Assembly (NCBI GenBank): GCA_018825785.1
Contig: JAHKAY010000020.1
Coordinates: forward strand, 2,111-66,110
Source: Chloroflexota bacterium
GTDB lineage: Bacteria > Chloroflexota > Dehalococcoidia > JACVQG01 > JAHKAY01
DNA: 64,000 bases
Direction of reading: 5' to 3'
Part shown: positions 18,910 to 28,639 of the stretch, piece after piece
Layout of the letters: each line of letters opens with the position of its first letter
Numbering within the stretch: position 1 is the stretch's first letter
The notes under the pieces: generated by a model
Database searches by the model: none
Told to the model about the DNA's origin: nothing
What the model saw: only the letters and a program-made list of their open reading frames with translations
Position numbers and translations under genes: made by a program

Positions 18910-19860
18910 TTGCCAGGTCGTCCAGTTTTTCGTGACATAATTGACCCCAATAGTCCTGCACTTAGACAGCAACTTGTCACCAAGATTCAACAACAGCTAG
19001 ATCCTCCTGGAAGCCTGCTAACCTACACTGCAAACCAAAATCATCCGTTCGCCCTTATAATGAGTCAGGACACACCCTTGTTTGAAGACCTCCTGAGAAC
19101 TGCCGACTCAAAGGTAGGGTATCTTATGATTACATCTCCTGGTGGAGACCCAAATGCTGCCGAGAAACTGCTGGTAATGTGCAGGGAACGTTTTACAGAA
19201 GGCTTTTTCGTGATCATCCCTAACTATGCGAAGAGTGCTGGTACAATGGTGGCACTCGGCAGCGAGAAAATCTTGATGGGGTATCTTGCCGAACTTGGGC
19301 CTATAGACCCCCAACTTCAGATTTCATCGGTCCCTGGGCCATCGCTTCCAGCACGCTCTTTCATTGACGGACTGGAAAACATAAGGACAAAGGTTAAGAA
19401 AGATGGGGACCCGGTCCAAATGTATCTTCCCATGCTGTCCCAAATTAGGCCCGAAGTCATTGCTATCTGTCAAAGTGCCATAGAAGACTCTAGGTCTTTT
19501 GCTGAAAAGTGGCTAAAGAGGCACATGCTTAGGAACGATCAGGGGCAGGCAGAACAAGTAGCAGAATGGTTATCTACCGGGGAGAAATATAGGTCTCATG
19601 GAAAGGTCATAGATTATCAGGAAGCCAAGGACATTCTTAAACTGAACGTAGAGAAATTAGACAAGGACTCTGAATTGTGGGACAACGTTTGGGAGCTATA
19701 CACTCGCTCAATTCAACAGCTACAGCTATCTGGCGGAGCCAAGCTGTTTGAGAATGCGAAAGTTTCGCTGACTATGAATGTTGAGGTGGGTCCACCTCAG
19801 CCCCGTGAAAGGCGTCAATCTCAACCACCGCAACGCCCTGACCAGCCTCAAAGTCTATAA
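18910..19860 (+). CDS. ClpP/SppA-superfamily (SDH/S49-like) serine peptidase
   Basis: ITSPGGDPNAAEKL and NYAKSAGTMVALGSEKILMG motifs. TTG start is uncertain. Low GC. Confidence 0.6.
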   Translation: MPGRPVFRDIIDPNSPALRQQLVTKIQQQLDPPGSLLTYTANQNHPFALIMSQDTPLFEDLLRTADSKVGYLMITSPGGDPNAAEKLLVMCRERFTEGFFVIIPNYAKSAGTMVALGSEKILMGYLAELGPIDPQLQISSVPGPSLPARSFIDGLENIRTKVKKDGDPVQMYLPMLSQIRPEVIAICQSAIEDSRSFAEKWLKRHMLRNDQGQAEQVAEWLSTGEKYRSHGKVIDYQEAKDILKLNVEKLDKDSELWDNVWELYTRSIQQLQLSGGAKLFENAKVSLTMNVEVGPPQPRERRQSQPPQRPDQPQSL

Positions 19861-20280
19861 CTTGACTCTTTTGCTACCAAATGCATATCTCAGGGAAGGA
19901 ACTGCCCGATTCTATACTTCCTTAACATTCCAAAGCAAACCTGTCAGCTTTCGTCTGCTTCCACCTGGTGTTGCGGCCAGCCTTGTGGTCCAAGTACTGG
20001 CTGAACTCGTGGAGGAATCCAGCTACAGCCAGCTCCTCCGGAGAGTAGAATTCAACATGCTGTAGCTTCTGTTGCCAATACTGCATATTGCCTTCCTGCC
20101 ATCTGTCGGTGCAGATTCCTATGACAAAAGCTTCACGACAATGATAGCTAAGGTTCGGGTTTATCCTCACTCTTGTGAGCTTCCTTTTCGCATAGTGGGT
20201 CCTGTTGACCCTCCCCCCGAAAACAGTAGCACCCTGAATTAGAGTCCTCCGCAGTAATAGAATAACGAAGGAGGGCTCAA

Positions 20281-20544
20281 GTGAAATCAAGGCACACCGA
20301 GGAACAGATCATCGCGGTGCTCCGGGAGGGGGAGGCCGGGGCCAAGGTCTCCGGCCTCTGCCGCCAGCACGGGATCAGCGATGCCACCTACTACAACTGG
20401 AAGGCCAAATACGCGGGCCTCACGGTCAGTGATCTCAAGAGGCTCAAAGCCCTGGAGGAGGAAAACCGTCGCCTGAAGCAGATCGTGGGGGAGCAAGCCC
20501 TGGATATTCGGGCGTTGAAGGAACTCCTCTCAAAAAACTTCTGA
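20281..20544 (+). CDS. IS3 transposase OrfA (HTH)
   Basis: GTG start after GGAGGG. ...DATYYNWKAKYAGLTVSDLKRLKALEEENRRLK. Confidence 0.8.
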   Translation: MKSRHTEEQIIAVLREGEAGAKVSGLCRQHGISDATYYNWKAKYAGLTVSDLKRLKALEEENRRLKQIVGEQALDIRALKELLSKNF

Positions 20545-21366
20545 AGCCCAGGGCCAAACGTCTGGCGGTCTCCCATGCCAGGGATAGTCTTGGGCTGAGC
20601 GAAAGGAGAGCCTGCCTTCTGGTCAGCATTTCAGCCTCGCTCTATCGCTACCAGCCGAAATCGGGTAGTGACGCTGCATTGCGCCAGCGCCTGCGGGAGC
20701 TGGCAGGGGAGAGGAAGCGGTTTGGCAGTCCCCGGCTTCACATCATGCTCAAGAAGGAGGGCCTGGTGGTCAACCATAAGCGAACGGAGAGGATCTACCG
20801 CGAAGAAGGTTTGGCGCTGAGGAGAAAGCGGCGGAGGAAAGGCGCTGCTGGCTTGAGGGTAGTGATGCCGTCACCCCAGCGGCCGAATGAGCGCTGGTCC
20901 ATGGACTTCGTCGCCGACAGTTATAGTCACCGGGCGGCGCTTTCGAGCCCTGGCTATTGTTGATGACTACTCCCGGGAATGCCCCGCCATCGAGGTGGAT
21001 ACATCCCTGGGCGGCGCCAGGGTGGTGAGTGTCCTGGAGAGGCTGGAGGAACTGCGCTGGCTACCCGAGGTAATCACCACGGACAACGGGCCGGAATTCG
21101 CGGGACGGGCCCTCGACGAGTGGGCATACCGTAAGGGCGTGAAGCTGAACTTCATTCGGCCGGGAAAGCCGATTGAGAATGCCTATGCCGAGAGCTTCAT
21201 TGGGAGGCTCAGGGACGAGTGCCTGAATGAGAACTGGTTTATGAACCTGAGGCATGCCCGGGACATCATCGAGAATTGGCGGAGGGACTACAATGAAGTC
21301 AGACCGCACACCTCATTGAACGATCGGACTCCCGTGGAGTATGCTGAAACAGCGGCTGGACTTTAA
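20538..21366 (+). pseudogene. IS3 transposase OrfB (DDE integrase core) with an extra frameshift near 20890-20960
   Basis: The frame 20679-20963 (-1 relative to orfA, reached via AAAAAAC) ends at ...FVADSYSHRAALSSPGYC*. The DDE core ...RRFRALAIVDDYSRE...TDNGPEF... continues in another frame at 20887-21366. Confidence 0.6.
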
Positions 21367-21676
21367 TGCCAGGTGATACTAATTCTGGGGGAAGGTCAGT
21401 CAATATCCGGTGCGTGCAGTTTGTGGGGTTCTTGACACGATATGCTACATCATTATGGTGGTGACTGGACATGTCTCGTAGTTGGCAATGCTCATTGCTC
21501 AAAACCTATGACTTTCCCTACCGTCTCGTTGCCTTGGGCCCCTCAGCAGCCTTGACGACCTGGTGCGAGAGCCATACTATTGGTGCGAAAAGGGTTCAAG
21601 GATTATTCGCCTCTCAAGAGAATCGCAGTCCTTGCATTCCAGTCTTGAGAGTCAAGAAGTGATAGGAGGGATACAG

Positions 21677-22420
21677 ATGGGTCGACTTCGGTGGTTCAAT
21701 GGAGTGATGGGGCTGGTTCATTTTGTCCAAGGCATCTTGATGCTGTGGCTAAGCAACGACTTCTCGCTGCCGGTCTCGGCATCCTTTTTGCGGTTTGACC
21801 CAGCCGCGAAAAGGCTTGTGCCGACTCCAGAGACGCTATTCGACCTTCGCATCGGACCATTAGTTGCTGCCTTTCTCTTTATGTCTGCTCTTGCTCATTT
21901 CCTGATCGCTTCGCCGGGCATCTATGACTGGTATATCCGCAACCTGAAAAGAGGCATCAACTATGCCCGCTGGATAGAGTACGCATTTAGTGCCTCAGTG
22001 ATGATCGTCGCTATCGCTATGCTCGTGGGCATCTACGACATTGCCAGCTTGGTTCTCATCTTTGCCTTGAACGCGATGATGATGCTATTCGGACTGATTA
22101 TGGAGCTACACAACCAGGCGACGGAAAAAACCAACTGGACATCATTTTGGTTCGGGGTGATAGCTGGCGCGGTGCCCTGGGTTGCCATAGCAATTTACCT
22201 TATCGGGGCTGGTAGTGGCGTTCCCAGCTTCGTGTACTGGATCTATGTTTCTATCTTCCTCTTCTTCAACAGCTTCGCCATCAACATGGTCCTTCAATAC
22301 AAGAAGGTCGGACCCTGGAGGGAGTATCTCTACGGAGAGCGAGCTTATATAGTCCTCAGTCTCGTTGCGAAATCAGCCCTGGCATGGCAGGTCTTTGCTG
22401 GCACTTTGCGGCCTGCATAA
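21677..22420 (+). CDS. Heliorhodopsin
   Basis: C-terminus YLYGERAYIVLSLVAKSALAWQVFAGTL is near-identical (from memory) to HeR 48C12, including the Schiff-base Lys. WIEYAFSASVM counterion region also matches. ATG 21677 after AGGAGGG. Confidence 0.85.
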   Translation: MGRLRWFNGVMGLVHFVQGILMLWLSNDFSLPVSASFLRFDPAAKRLVPTPETLFDLRIGPLVAAFLFMSALAHFLIASPGIYDWYIRNLKRGINYARWIEYAFSASVMIVAIAMLVGIYDIASLVLIFALNAMMMLFGLIMELHNQATEKTNWTSFWFGVIAGAVPWVAIAIYLIGAGSGVPSFVYWIYVSIFLFFNSFAINMVLQYKKVGPWREYLYGERAYIVLSLVAKSALAWQVFAGTLRPA

Positions 22421-22463
22421 CCATTCCATTCCGTAGCTCAACACTAGTCCATAATGTCACATC

Positions 22464-23459
22464 CTAGCCGCGTGTGGGCAGTATACCTTCAGAACGAAAC
22501 CAGTTGACATGGTCACAAATAGAGTCCTGCCATGGCCTGGTCGTAAAGCCAAGTTCCTCACGCGCCCGCGCTGAACTCACTTGTGAGTTACTACGAAGCA
22601 CGTCAATTGAGTAGGCAGTAAACACCGGCCGCCTCCGTACTAGTCGGTAGTAAATGCTCGCAAGCACACCGGCAACGCGGGCTATTGCGGGTGGTATCTC
22701 ATAGGTCGGAGCAGGGTGGCCGATATTTCGCTCCAATTCTTTCATCAGTTCTGGAACCTGCACCTGTGCACCGGAGAAAATATAATGGCGCCCTGGTTGC
22801 CCCTTTTCGGCAGCAAGGATGAGGCCGTTAACGACATCACGCACGTCCACGAAATCGTAGGCACCACGCACATATGACTTCAGGTGCCCACCTGCAAAAT
22901 CAAGTATCAACTGGCCAATATTGGAGATCCCATAATCCCAAGGGCCGATAACGCCTGTCGGGCAGCAGATTACTGCATCAAGTCCTCCCTTGTGCACTTC
23001 ATCTAGGAGAAGGATGGTGGCCTGTGCCTTGCTGCGGGCGTAGTCACCTAAGACTCGGTCGGGATCAAAAGGTTGCGACTCATCGATTACCGTCCCATGC
23101 GGCGGCTCGGCGATGGCGTGGATGGAACTGGTATAGACAAGGCGGCGAACACCTGCAGTGCGACAGGCCGTGGCCACATTGCGCACGCCGCCCACGTTTA
23201 CCCGCTCCAACGTCTTCTTCATGCCCGGCATGATGGTTACAATACCAGCCAGGTGAAAGACGACATCCCCACTGACAAATGCGGATTCCAGGCCTTTTAA
23301 GTCAGTAACATCGCCATAGACAATCTCAGTGTTTAGGCCAGCCAAGGGACGGCAGTCGTCATCGGGCAGGACGAGGGCACGGACGGTTTGACCGCGTGTA
23401 ATTAACTCACGAACGAGAACGTTGCCAATGTGACCCGTCGCCCCTGTGACGACAATCAT
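22464..23459 (-). CDS. NAD-dependent epimerase/dehydratase (SDR, 3beta-HSD-like)
   Basis: VTGATGHIGNVLVRELI Rossmann motif and YARSK catalytic region. Confidence 0.8.
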   Translation of the reverse strand: MIVVTGATGHIGNVLVRELITRGQTVRALVLPDDDCRPLAGLNTEIVYGDVTDLKGLESAFVSGDVVFHLAGIVTIMPGMKKTLERVNVGGVRNVATACRTAGVRRLVYTSSIHAIAEPPHGTVIDESQPFDPDRVLGDYARSKAQATILLLDEVHKGGLDAVICCPTGVIGPWDYGISNIGQLILDFAGGHLKSYVRGAYDFVDVRDVVNGLILAAEKGQPGRHYIFSGAQVQVPELMKELERNIGHPAPTYEIPPAIARVAGVLASIYYRLVRRRPVFTAYSIDVLRSNSQVSSARAREELGFTTRPWQDSICDHVNWFRSEGILPTRG

Positions 23460-23660
23460 CTCCCTGCTTCCCTCCGTTGTTATTTTAAGTCTGTAGTGAC
23501 TCGGTTTTCAATGTTAGCAATGTCCATCTCGTTGCGTCGGCAGCCGAAGGGCTCGGGTGTGACAAGAGGACATTCGGTTTCATGGTGGCCGTTGCTGCAC
23601 ACGTTGCTGCGCCCTTTCCAAATACGCGGGCTGCTCCAGTGAGGCTGACGTAGCCTTTGC

Positions 23661-24482
23661 CTAGTCCTCAGGCTCGGCTAGGTCCACATACTTATCACCA
23701 AAAAACGGGTCTATACTGACTCGATGCGGGTTAGACAATCCCCTTTTGCCCTTGTATACGCGAAAAGTATGCGTAGACCCGTTAGTCAGTTCCAGTTTCT
23801 CAAAGTCATCGGTTGGCGTTCTGATAGCAAGGGCTTGAGCCTTAGCAACCCCCTCTCGCAACCCTGCTATCACTTCACCCATCTCTTGCTGTCTACTATT
23901 CAACTGTGGGATTAGACTCAGACCATCGTGCCCATGTGCAGCTAGCTTTGTTCTGGCAATACTCAGGCCTTCACCCGACTCTTCAGCCATCTTCTGAACC
24001 TTGTCAATTCTGGAACCGAGGGCCGCGATGCCGTGACTGAACATGTCACGGTGGCTGTTCACCACACGGGAAAGGCCGTAATGAGCTTCCTTCAACCTGT
24101 TAGTCAATTCGCTTACCGTAACTGTATCGGCCTTGCCCAGTTCTACGTCTTCGCTCAGTTTACCGACTATGTCGCTGAGATTGCTTACTGCATCCGTGAG
24201 CTTAGTCACCTGATCAGCAATATTGGCTAGTCTATGAGTAAGTGGCTCAGTGTCACTCAGTGGGAAATCTGAAGCTGACTCACGTAATCCAGTAACTCGT
24301 TCGAGCTGCTGGAGTCTGTCCCTCAGTAAACTCACTGGCTGCGCAGTAGCTGGTGCAGCAACTGGCCGCGGTGTAATGCTGCCAATAATCCCATGAACGA
24401 AGGTCTTGTGACCTCTCAGCGCCTGCGCAGTCTTAACTTGTTTGCCACAGAGTTCGCATGTGACCATTTCAGTTACCTCCAA
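23661..24482 (-). CDS. C2H2 zinc-finger protein with long coiled-coil region
   Basis: N-terminal CELCGKQVKTAQALRGHKTFVH (C-X2-C-X12-H-X4-H), followed by a heptad-like region. Confidence 0.55.
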   Translation of the reverse strand: MEVTEMVTCELCGKQVKTAQALRGHKTFVHGIIGSITPRPVAAPATAQPVSLLRDRLQQLERVTGLRESASDFPLSDTEPLTHRLANIADQVTKLTDAVSNLSDIVGKLSEDVELGKADTVTVSELTNRLKEAHYGLSRVVNSHRDMFSHGIAALGSRIDKVQKMAEESGEGLSIARTKLAAHGHDGLSLIPQLNSRQQEMGEVIAGLREGVAKAQALAIRTPTDDFEKLELTNGSTHTFRVYKGKRGLSNPHRVSIDPFFGDKYVDLAEPED

Positions 24483-24605
24483 AGATTATCTTTCGCTTGT
24501 TTGCTTCAGCCGGAGTCCAGCCTTGGTCTTCCGAACTGGATAGCCGGATGTGGTGGCCCTTGGAGGCCGGGGCACTATGTTGCCAGAGATGGCTTTGGAG
24601 GATTC

Positions 24606-24760
24606 TCTTGCGGGAGGTTGCCAGTCGGGTATCAGCTCAGATAGGGAGTAATAAGGTCGCAGGTGAGGGTTGGTTCCCCGTCGGGGCCGCCACTAAGGCT
24701 TGCTTTAGGAGATGACCTGGGACATGCTCCCTTTTTCTGTCTGGATGAGGCAGATCATTT
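24606..24760 (+). repeat. Copy C of the bipartite repeat (module 1 conserved, module 2 degenerate)
   Basis: ttgccagtcgggtatcagc...gagggttggttccccgtcggggccgccactaagg matches 32885-32970. Confidence 0.5.
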
Positions 24761-25244
24761 CCCGAGCCATGTCGGTTACCTCGGTGGACACATTCACACT
24801 GACCTCCGCAGTCCCCTTGAAGACCATCCTGGAAATGGGGTACAGGGCCGATCTCAGATATTTGCTGAGCAATAGCAGCCCCAGGACGACTAGGACAAGT
24901 CCAAGGACACCTAAAAGGAGACCAGGTATCTGTGCTAGGAGGAGAGCGGGTAGCTTGTCAGAGGAATAGACGATGGCACCCAAGGCCTGAACTAGCTGGG
25001 GGAGCAAGGCAGCGCCGCCCGTGCAGACGAGCAGAGCGGCGATGAGATAACGTAACTTCGGCGACTCCTTCACTAGCTCCACACAAGAGATATGTTCCAG
25101 CTTTAGAGGAGTAATTCGCTCCACTCCTTCTTGCTGTTGCGTTAGGAATACCCGCCTATTGGTTAACACCACGCTGCTGGTTCCGGTGGCCTCTAGATCG
25201 GCTATCCGCTCTTCGCCCTCTAAGAGTCGCAATTGCTGTGACAC
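24705..25244 (-). CDS. Bacterial PH (bPH_2/YdbT-like) domain membrane protein
   Basis: Soluble N-terminal domain VVLTNRRVFLTQQQ followed by two TM helices. Confidence 0.45.
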   Translation of the reverse strand: MSQQLRLLEGEERIADLEATGTSSVVLTNRRVFLTQQQEGVERITPLKLEHISCVELVKESPKLRYLIAALLVCTGGAALLPQLVQALGAIVYSSDKLPALLLAQIPGLLLGVLGLVLVVLGLLLLSKYLRSALYPISRMVFKGTAEVSVNVSTEVTDMAREMICLIQTEKGSMSQVIS

Positions 25245-25266
25245 CTCTTTACCCTCCTCGGAAAGG

Positions 25267-26517
25267 TCACCAAACTGTCCCTCGCCAGCGACGCGTCACC
25301 CCAAGCCACAGCCGCATCAGTGGGCTGGGGTTGTGATGCTTCTTCAGTTCTTGCTTGGCATACTTAACACCCCAGAAAAGCAGGCCCACGCTGGTAGCGA
25401 AAGCCGGGTCGTGAAGGTGTTGCACCATCCCACTTATGTTCCGCGGAACACCCACACGGCAGGGTACATTGAACACCTCCCGGGCCATCTCGGCAATGCC
25501 GGGCAACTTGGAGGTGCCCCCAGTGAGGACCACTCCCGCTGGCGCCAATTTGGATAGGTCCTCTCCGGAGAGCTCAACCCAAATCAGCTTTAGCAACTCC
25601 TCTACTCTGGCGGAGAGGATCTCCATAGCTTTGTGATAAGGTACCGCTTGGCCATCGCGAGCCCTAAGAGGGATTTCTGATGCCGGGTAGACAGGCGCCT
25701 TGCTGTTCAGGCTGGCATGGTTGAGCTTGAACTCCTCAGCCGTCTCGAAGGCGATGTTCAGACCTACAGCCAGGTCATGTGTCAGCTGATAGCCGGCCAC
25801 AGGGATAGCCGCGGTATGCAGGATATTGCCGTTCTTGTACACTGCTATGTCGGTGGTGCCGCCACCGATGTCCACCACTACCACACCTACATCCTTTTCC
25901 ACCGGTCGCAACACCGCTTCACCGGAGGCCAGCGGCTCCAGAACGATGTCTTCGGGAATCACCCCTGCTTTCCGCACTGATTTGACCAGATTCTTAACAG
26001 CATCGGCGGCCACTGTTACCATATGGACGTCCGCATCCAGGTTGAGGCCGTGCATGCCCACAGGGTTCTTTATGCCTGTCTGCCCATCCAGCCTATACAT
26101 TTGGGGCAGGGCATGGACCAACTCCCTCTCCCGCGACATGCGCATATCATTCACGTGCCCGACCAGCCGCTTCAACTCCTTGGTCTGCACCTCGCGGCCT
26201 TCGGGCACCGCCAGGGTGCTGCGGGTGTTGAAGGAACTGACATGACCGCCAGTAATACCAATATAGGCTGGGGTCAACCGCAGCCCGCTGTCAGCCTCCG
26301 CCTTTTTTACTGAGTCCCTAACCGACTTCCCGACTTCTTTTAGGTCGATGACTACCGCCTTACGCATGCCCTTGCTTCTGGAAATGCCAACTCCCAATAT
26401 GCGGAGGTAGTCGTCATCTTCCATAGAACCGATTAGAGTGCAGACCTTGGTGGTGCCCACATCCACTGCAGAGTAGATCTTGCCATTCGAGCTCGGTTTT
26501 CGGCGAAACCAGAGCAT
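25267..26517 (-). CDS. ftsA: FtsA-like actin-fold ATPase with C-terminal amphipathic helix
   Basis: SAVDVGTTKV, VVVDIGGGTTDIAVY and VLTGGTSKLPGI actin-fold motifs. No ftsZ or ftsQ neighbour. Confidence 0.75.
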   Translation of the reverse strand: MLWFRRKPSSNGKIYSAVDVGTTKVCTLIGSMEDDDYLRILGVGISRSKGMRKAVVIDLKEVGKSVRDSVKKAEADSGLRLTPAYIGITGGHVSSFNTRSTLAVPEGREVQTKELKRLVGHVNDMRMSRERELVHALPQMYRLDGQTGIKNPVGMHGLNLDADVHMVTVAADAVKNLVKSVRKAGVIPEDIVLEPLASGEAVLRPVEKDVGVVVVDIGGGTTDIAVYKNGNILHTAAIPVAGYQLTHDLAVGLNIAFETAEEFKLNHASLNSKAPVYPASEIPLRARDGQAVPYHKAMEILSARVEELLKLIWVELSGEDLSKLAPAGVVLTGGTSKLPGIAEMAREVFNVPCRVGVPRNISGMVQHLHDPAFATSVGLLFWGVKYAKQELKKHHNPSPLMRLWLGVTRRWRGTVW

Positions 26518-26532
26518 CTCTCCTTCTCCTCG

Positions 26533-26796
26533 TTACACTACTTTTACCTGAAAGCCTAGAGTTCGCAGCACCCGATTGGCATCTCTGGAGGTAACATCAG
26601 CGGCGTAGAGGCCGACCTCCTTAGCTTCCATGAGCCGCTCAAGTACCTGCTTGACAGGGAAGCGAGCGCCGTCGATATCCACAAAATACCGCCTTACGGG
26701 CTTAGGCCGCAACCCCTTCATAAGGGTTACTACCTCTTCACCTCCATCAACTACCAGCTCCCGGCCCCCGAGGGTAAACTGCCTGCTCATCGGCAA
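26533..26796 (-). CDS. Hypothetical small protein (87 aa)
   Basis: ORF immediately upstream of and co-oriented with ftsA-like. No recognisable motif. Confidence 0.35.
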   Translation of the reverse strand: MPMSRQFTLGGRELVVDGGEEVVTLMKGLRPKPVRRYFVDIDGARFPVKQVLERLMEAKEVGLYAADVTSRDANRVLRTLGFQVKVV

Positions 26797-27225
26797 CTTC
26801 TGCCTCCCCTTCGCTGTCTTGTTACTACCCCTATTACTATCACGGCTACTATCATATCAGGCGTTACCATTTTGTCAAGGGTTTAAGACCTGTTTTAAGA
26901 AAATACTTAGAATTTGTTGCAGGTCAGCAATAGTGGGACACTTTGGGAGCCGGCACTCTGGGGGCAGTCAGAAAGTGCGGCCAAGCTCCCTGAGTGCCTG
27001 GCCATGATGCTTGCCGCCCTAGATAGTCTAAGTCCGGCTCGTTTCCTCACCGCTCCACAGAGGCGACCCGAGCTGGATTGGAACCCGAGGGTGAAACAGA
27101 AAGCCATTTCGTTCTGTCTATCGGGCTCGAATGGTTGGACCATCTGAAACGACGTGTATGCCACAACAGCCCTGGATGCTGCGAATGAAGTCAGGGCCCA
27201 CCTGACTCGCCAGGTGAACTCTTGC

Positions 27226-27516
27226 CTACTTCTTGACTGGCAGCTTGCCGAAATCCTCCGGGGGGATCAGAGTCCAAGTTTCTGCTTGTCCGTTCATCCT
27301 AGCACAGAGGCCCATCGCCATACCTGCGGCTGCCGTCTCATTTGGGGCATCATAGAGTACCATCAGGTCATACGGCCCCAGCGTGGCGTACCCTCCGATA
27401 ACGTTGATCCCCATCCGCGCGCTGGCCTCTACCATCTCATCATAAGCCTTCTTGGGGTCACCCATGCTCGCCATGCCTTGGGCTGACAGTCTGACCAAAG
27501 TGACGTACTTCGACAC
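27226..27516 (-). CDS. GYD-domain protein
   Basis: INVIGGYATLGPYDLMVLYDAPN. GTG start with RBS AAGGAGGTG. Confidence 0.7.
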   Translation of the reverse strand: MSKYVTLVRLSAQGMASMGDPKKAYDEMVEASARMGINVIGGYATLGPYDLMVLYDAPNETAAAGMAMGLCARMNGQAETWTLIPPEDFGKLPVKK

Positions 27517-27795
27517 CGGATACACCTCCTTCTTGCTCCGCCATGCCATGGTGCCAGCCTCGTGCTAGCCCAAATGGTCAGGGCAATAGCCACATGCGAT
27601 GGCAATTCTAGCACACCGGAAACCGACTTTCTTATCGGGCCGACGGAGTCGTACAATGCTGGTTTGGAGATAGGGCAACGTCGTCTGCGGCAAGGGCCTG
27701 ACTGTCGCTGAACAATCCTGACTTCTGTCGCGTCCTGCTCAGGGATACCTGTTGGCTTTGTCAGGAGTTCGCAGCCAGATGGCCTCGTCCTTTTC

Positions 27796-28338
27796 CTACC
27801 CACCAAGGCGTGCGATAGGTTCAATTAGCACCACTTGCACCACTACTAAGATAGCCACGTTCAGAACGAACCCAAGCAAGGTAACGCCCACTGCCCTAGT
27901 CGTGCTCTTATAGTCTAATGCCTGCCGCACTGCAATCACCATGGCGACCCAACTCCACACGGCGACGCCAAGGAAGACTAGGGCAAGCAGAGAAGGAATA
28001 GGGATGAGGCTTAAGACCGCCAGTAGCCTGGGCGTGTAAGCAAATCCCATAGTTCTGGCCAGTTGTCCCCAGTCCGCATGAGTCTGGGGCTCTCTGAAGA
28101 GGCGCGCCCCCAAGAAGTAGTTTAGCCATGCCCAAACCACCCACCCCACCAGGCCCACCAGTATGCCGAAGACGAGCCCCAGCCACCCTCCTTCTGTCAG
28201 GCTCCCAATGCCAGTGGCCAGGGACCCCATGATTACCACTAGCATCGCTTGCCTGGTGGCTTTTGAGTCCGCCTCAACCTCCTCGTAGAGGTTGACCTCG
28301 AGCCTGGCTGCACGCCATAGACGGTCCGGGAAAGCCAC
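27796..28338 (-). CDS. Yip1-domain membrane protein
   Basis: 180-aa ORF with 5 TM helices and an acidic N-terminus, typical of the Yip1 family. Confidence 0.5.
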   Translation of the reverse strand: MAFPDRLWRAARLEVNLYEEVEADSKATRQAMLVVIMGSLATGIGSLTEGGWLGLVFGILVGLVGWVVWAWLNYFLGARLFREPQTHADWGQLARTMGFAYTPRLLAVLSLIPIPSLLALVFLGVAVWSWVAMVIAVRQALDYKSTTRAVGVTLLGFVLNVAILVVVQVVLIEPIARLGG

Positions 28339-28639
28339 TTCTTACCTCCTTCTCAACTGATAGAGAACTGGACGACCCGCGCTGACCCGGCCTGATCATA
28401 TAGCCTGGACAAAACTACAAACAAGGTGTGAGCCAGAATCTCGCGTATCTGGCGGCTGATTCATTGGGGGACACCGGGGCTAACCAGGGTCTTCAGCCGC
28501 TAGCAGAAGGAAGGAGTCGCGAGGCAGCAAGGGTCCAGCAACTTCGGGATCAAGAATCCCTTGGTTCTGTTCGACTTATTCCGGGAGGCGGTGCAGGACC
28601 CATATCCAGCTGCAGGTGTGATAGACTTGAGTATGAGAG

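Larger units (their letters stand above)
20235..21386 (+). mobile_element. IS3-family insertion sequence (~1.15 kb)
   Basis: orfA/orfB architecture with an A6C slippery site. Imperfect terminal inverted repeats: TGAATTAGAGTCC at the left end and GGTGATACTAATTC at the right end. Confidence 0.6.

Noticed and set aside
19861-20234. Possible transposase or RT fragment left of the IS3 (…RVRINPNLSYHCREAFVIGICTDRWQ…FALEC*)
   Set aside because: It has no start and I cannot match it to a family by eye. Noted as a likely disrupted gene remnant rather than annotated.
26880-27160. Possible RNase P-like or other structured RNA, because the sequence contains AAGTCCGGCTCG and GGGTGAAACAGAAAGCC
   Set aside because: The matches are short, in the wrong order and spacing for RNase P RNA, and the region is far too short (~120 nt). 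Treated as 5' leader or intergenic DNA.
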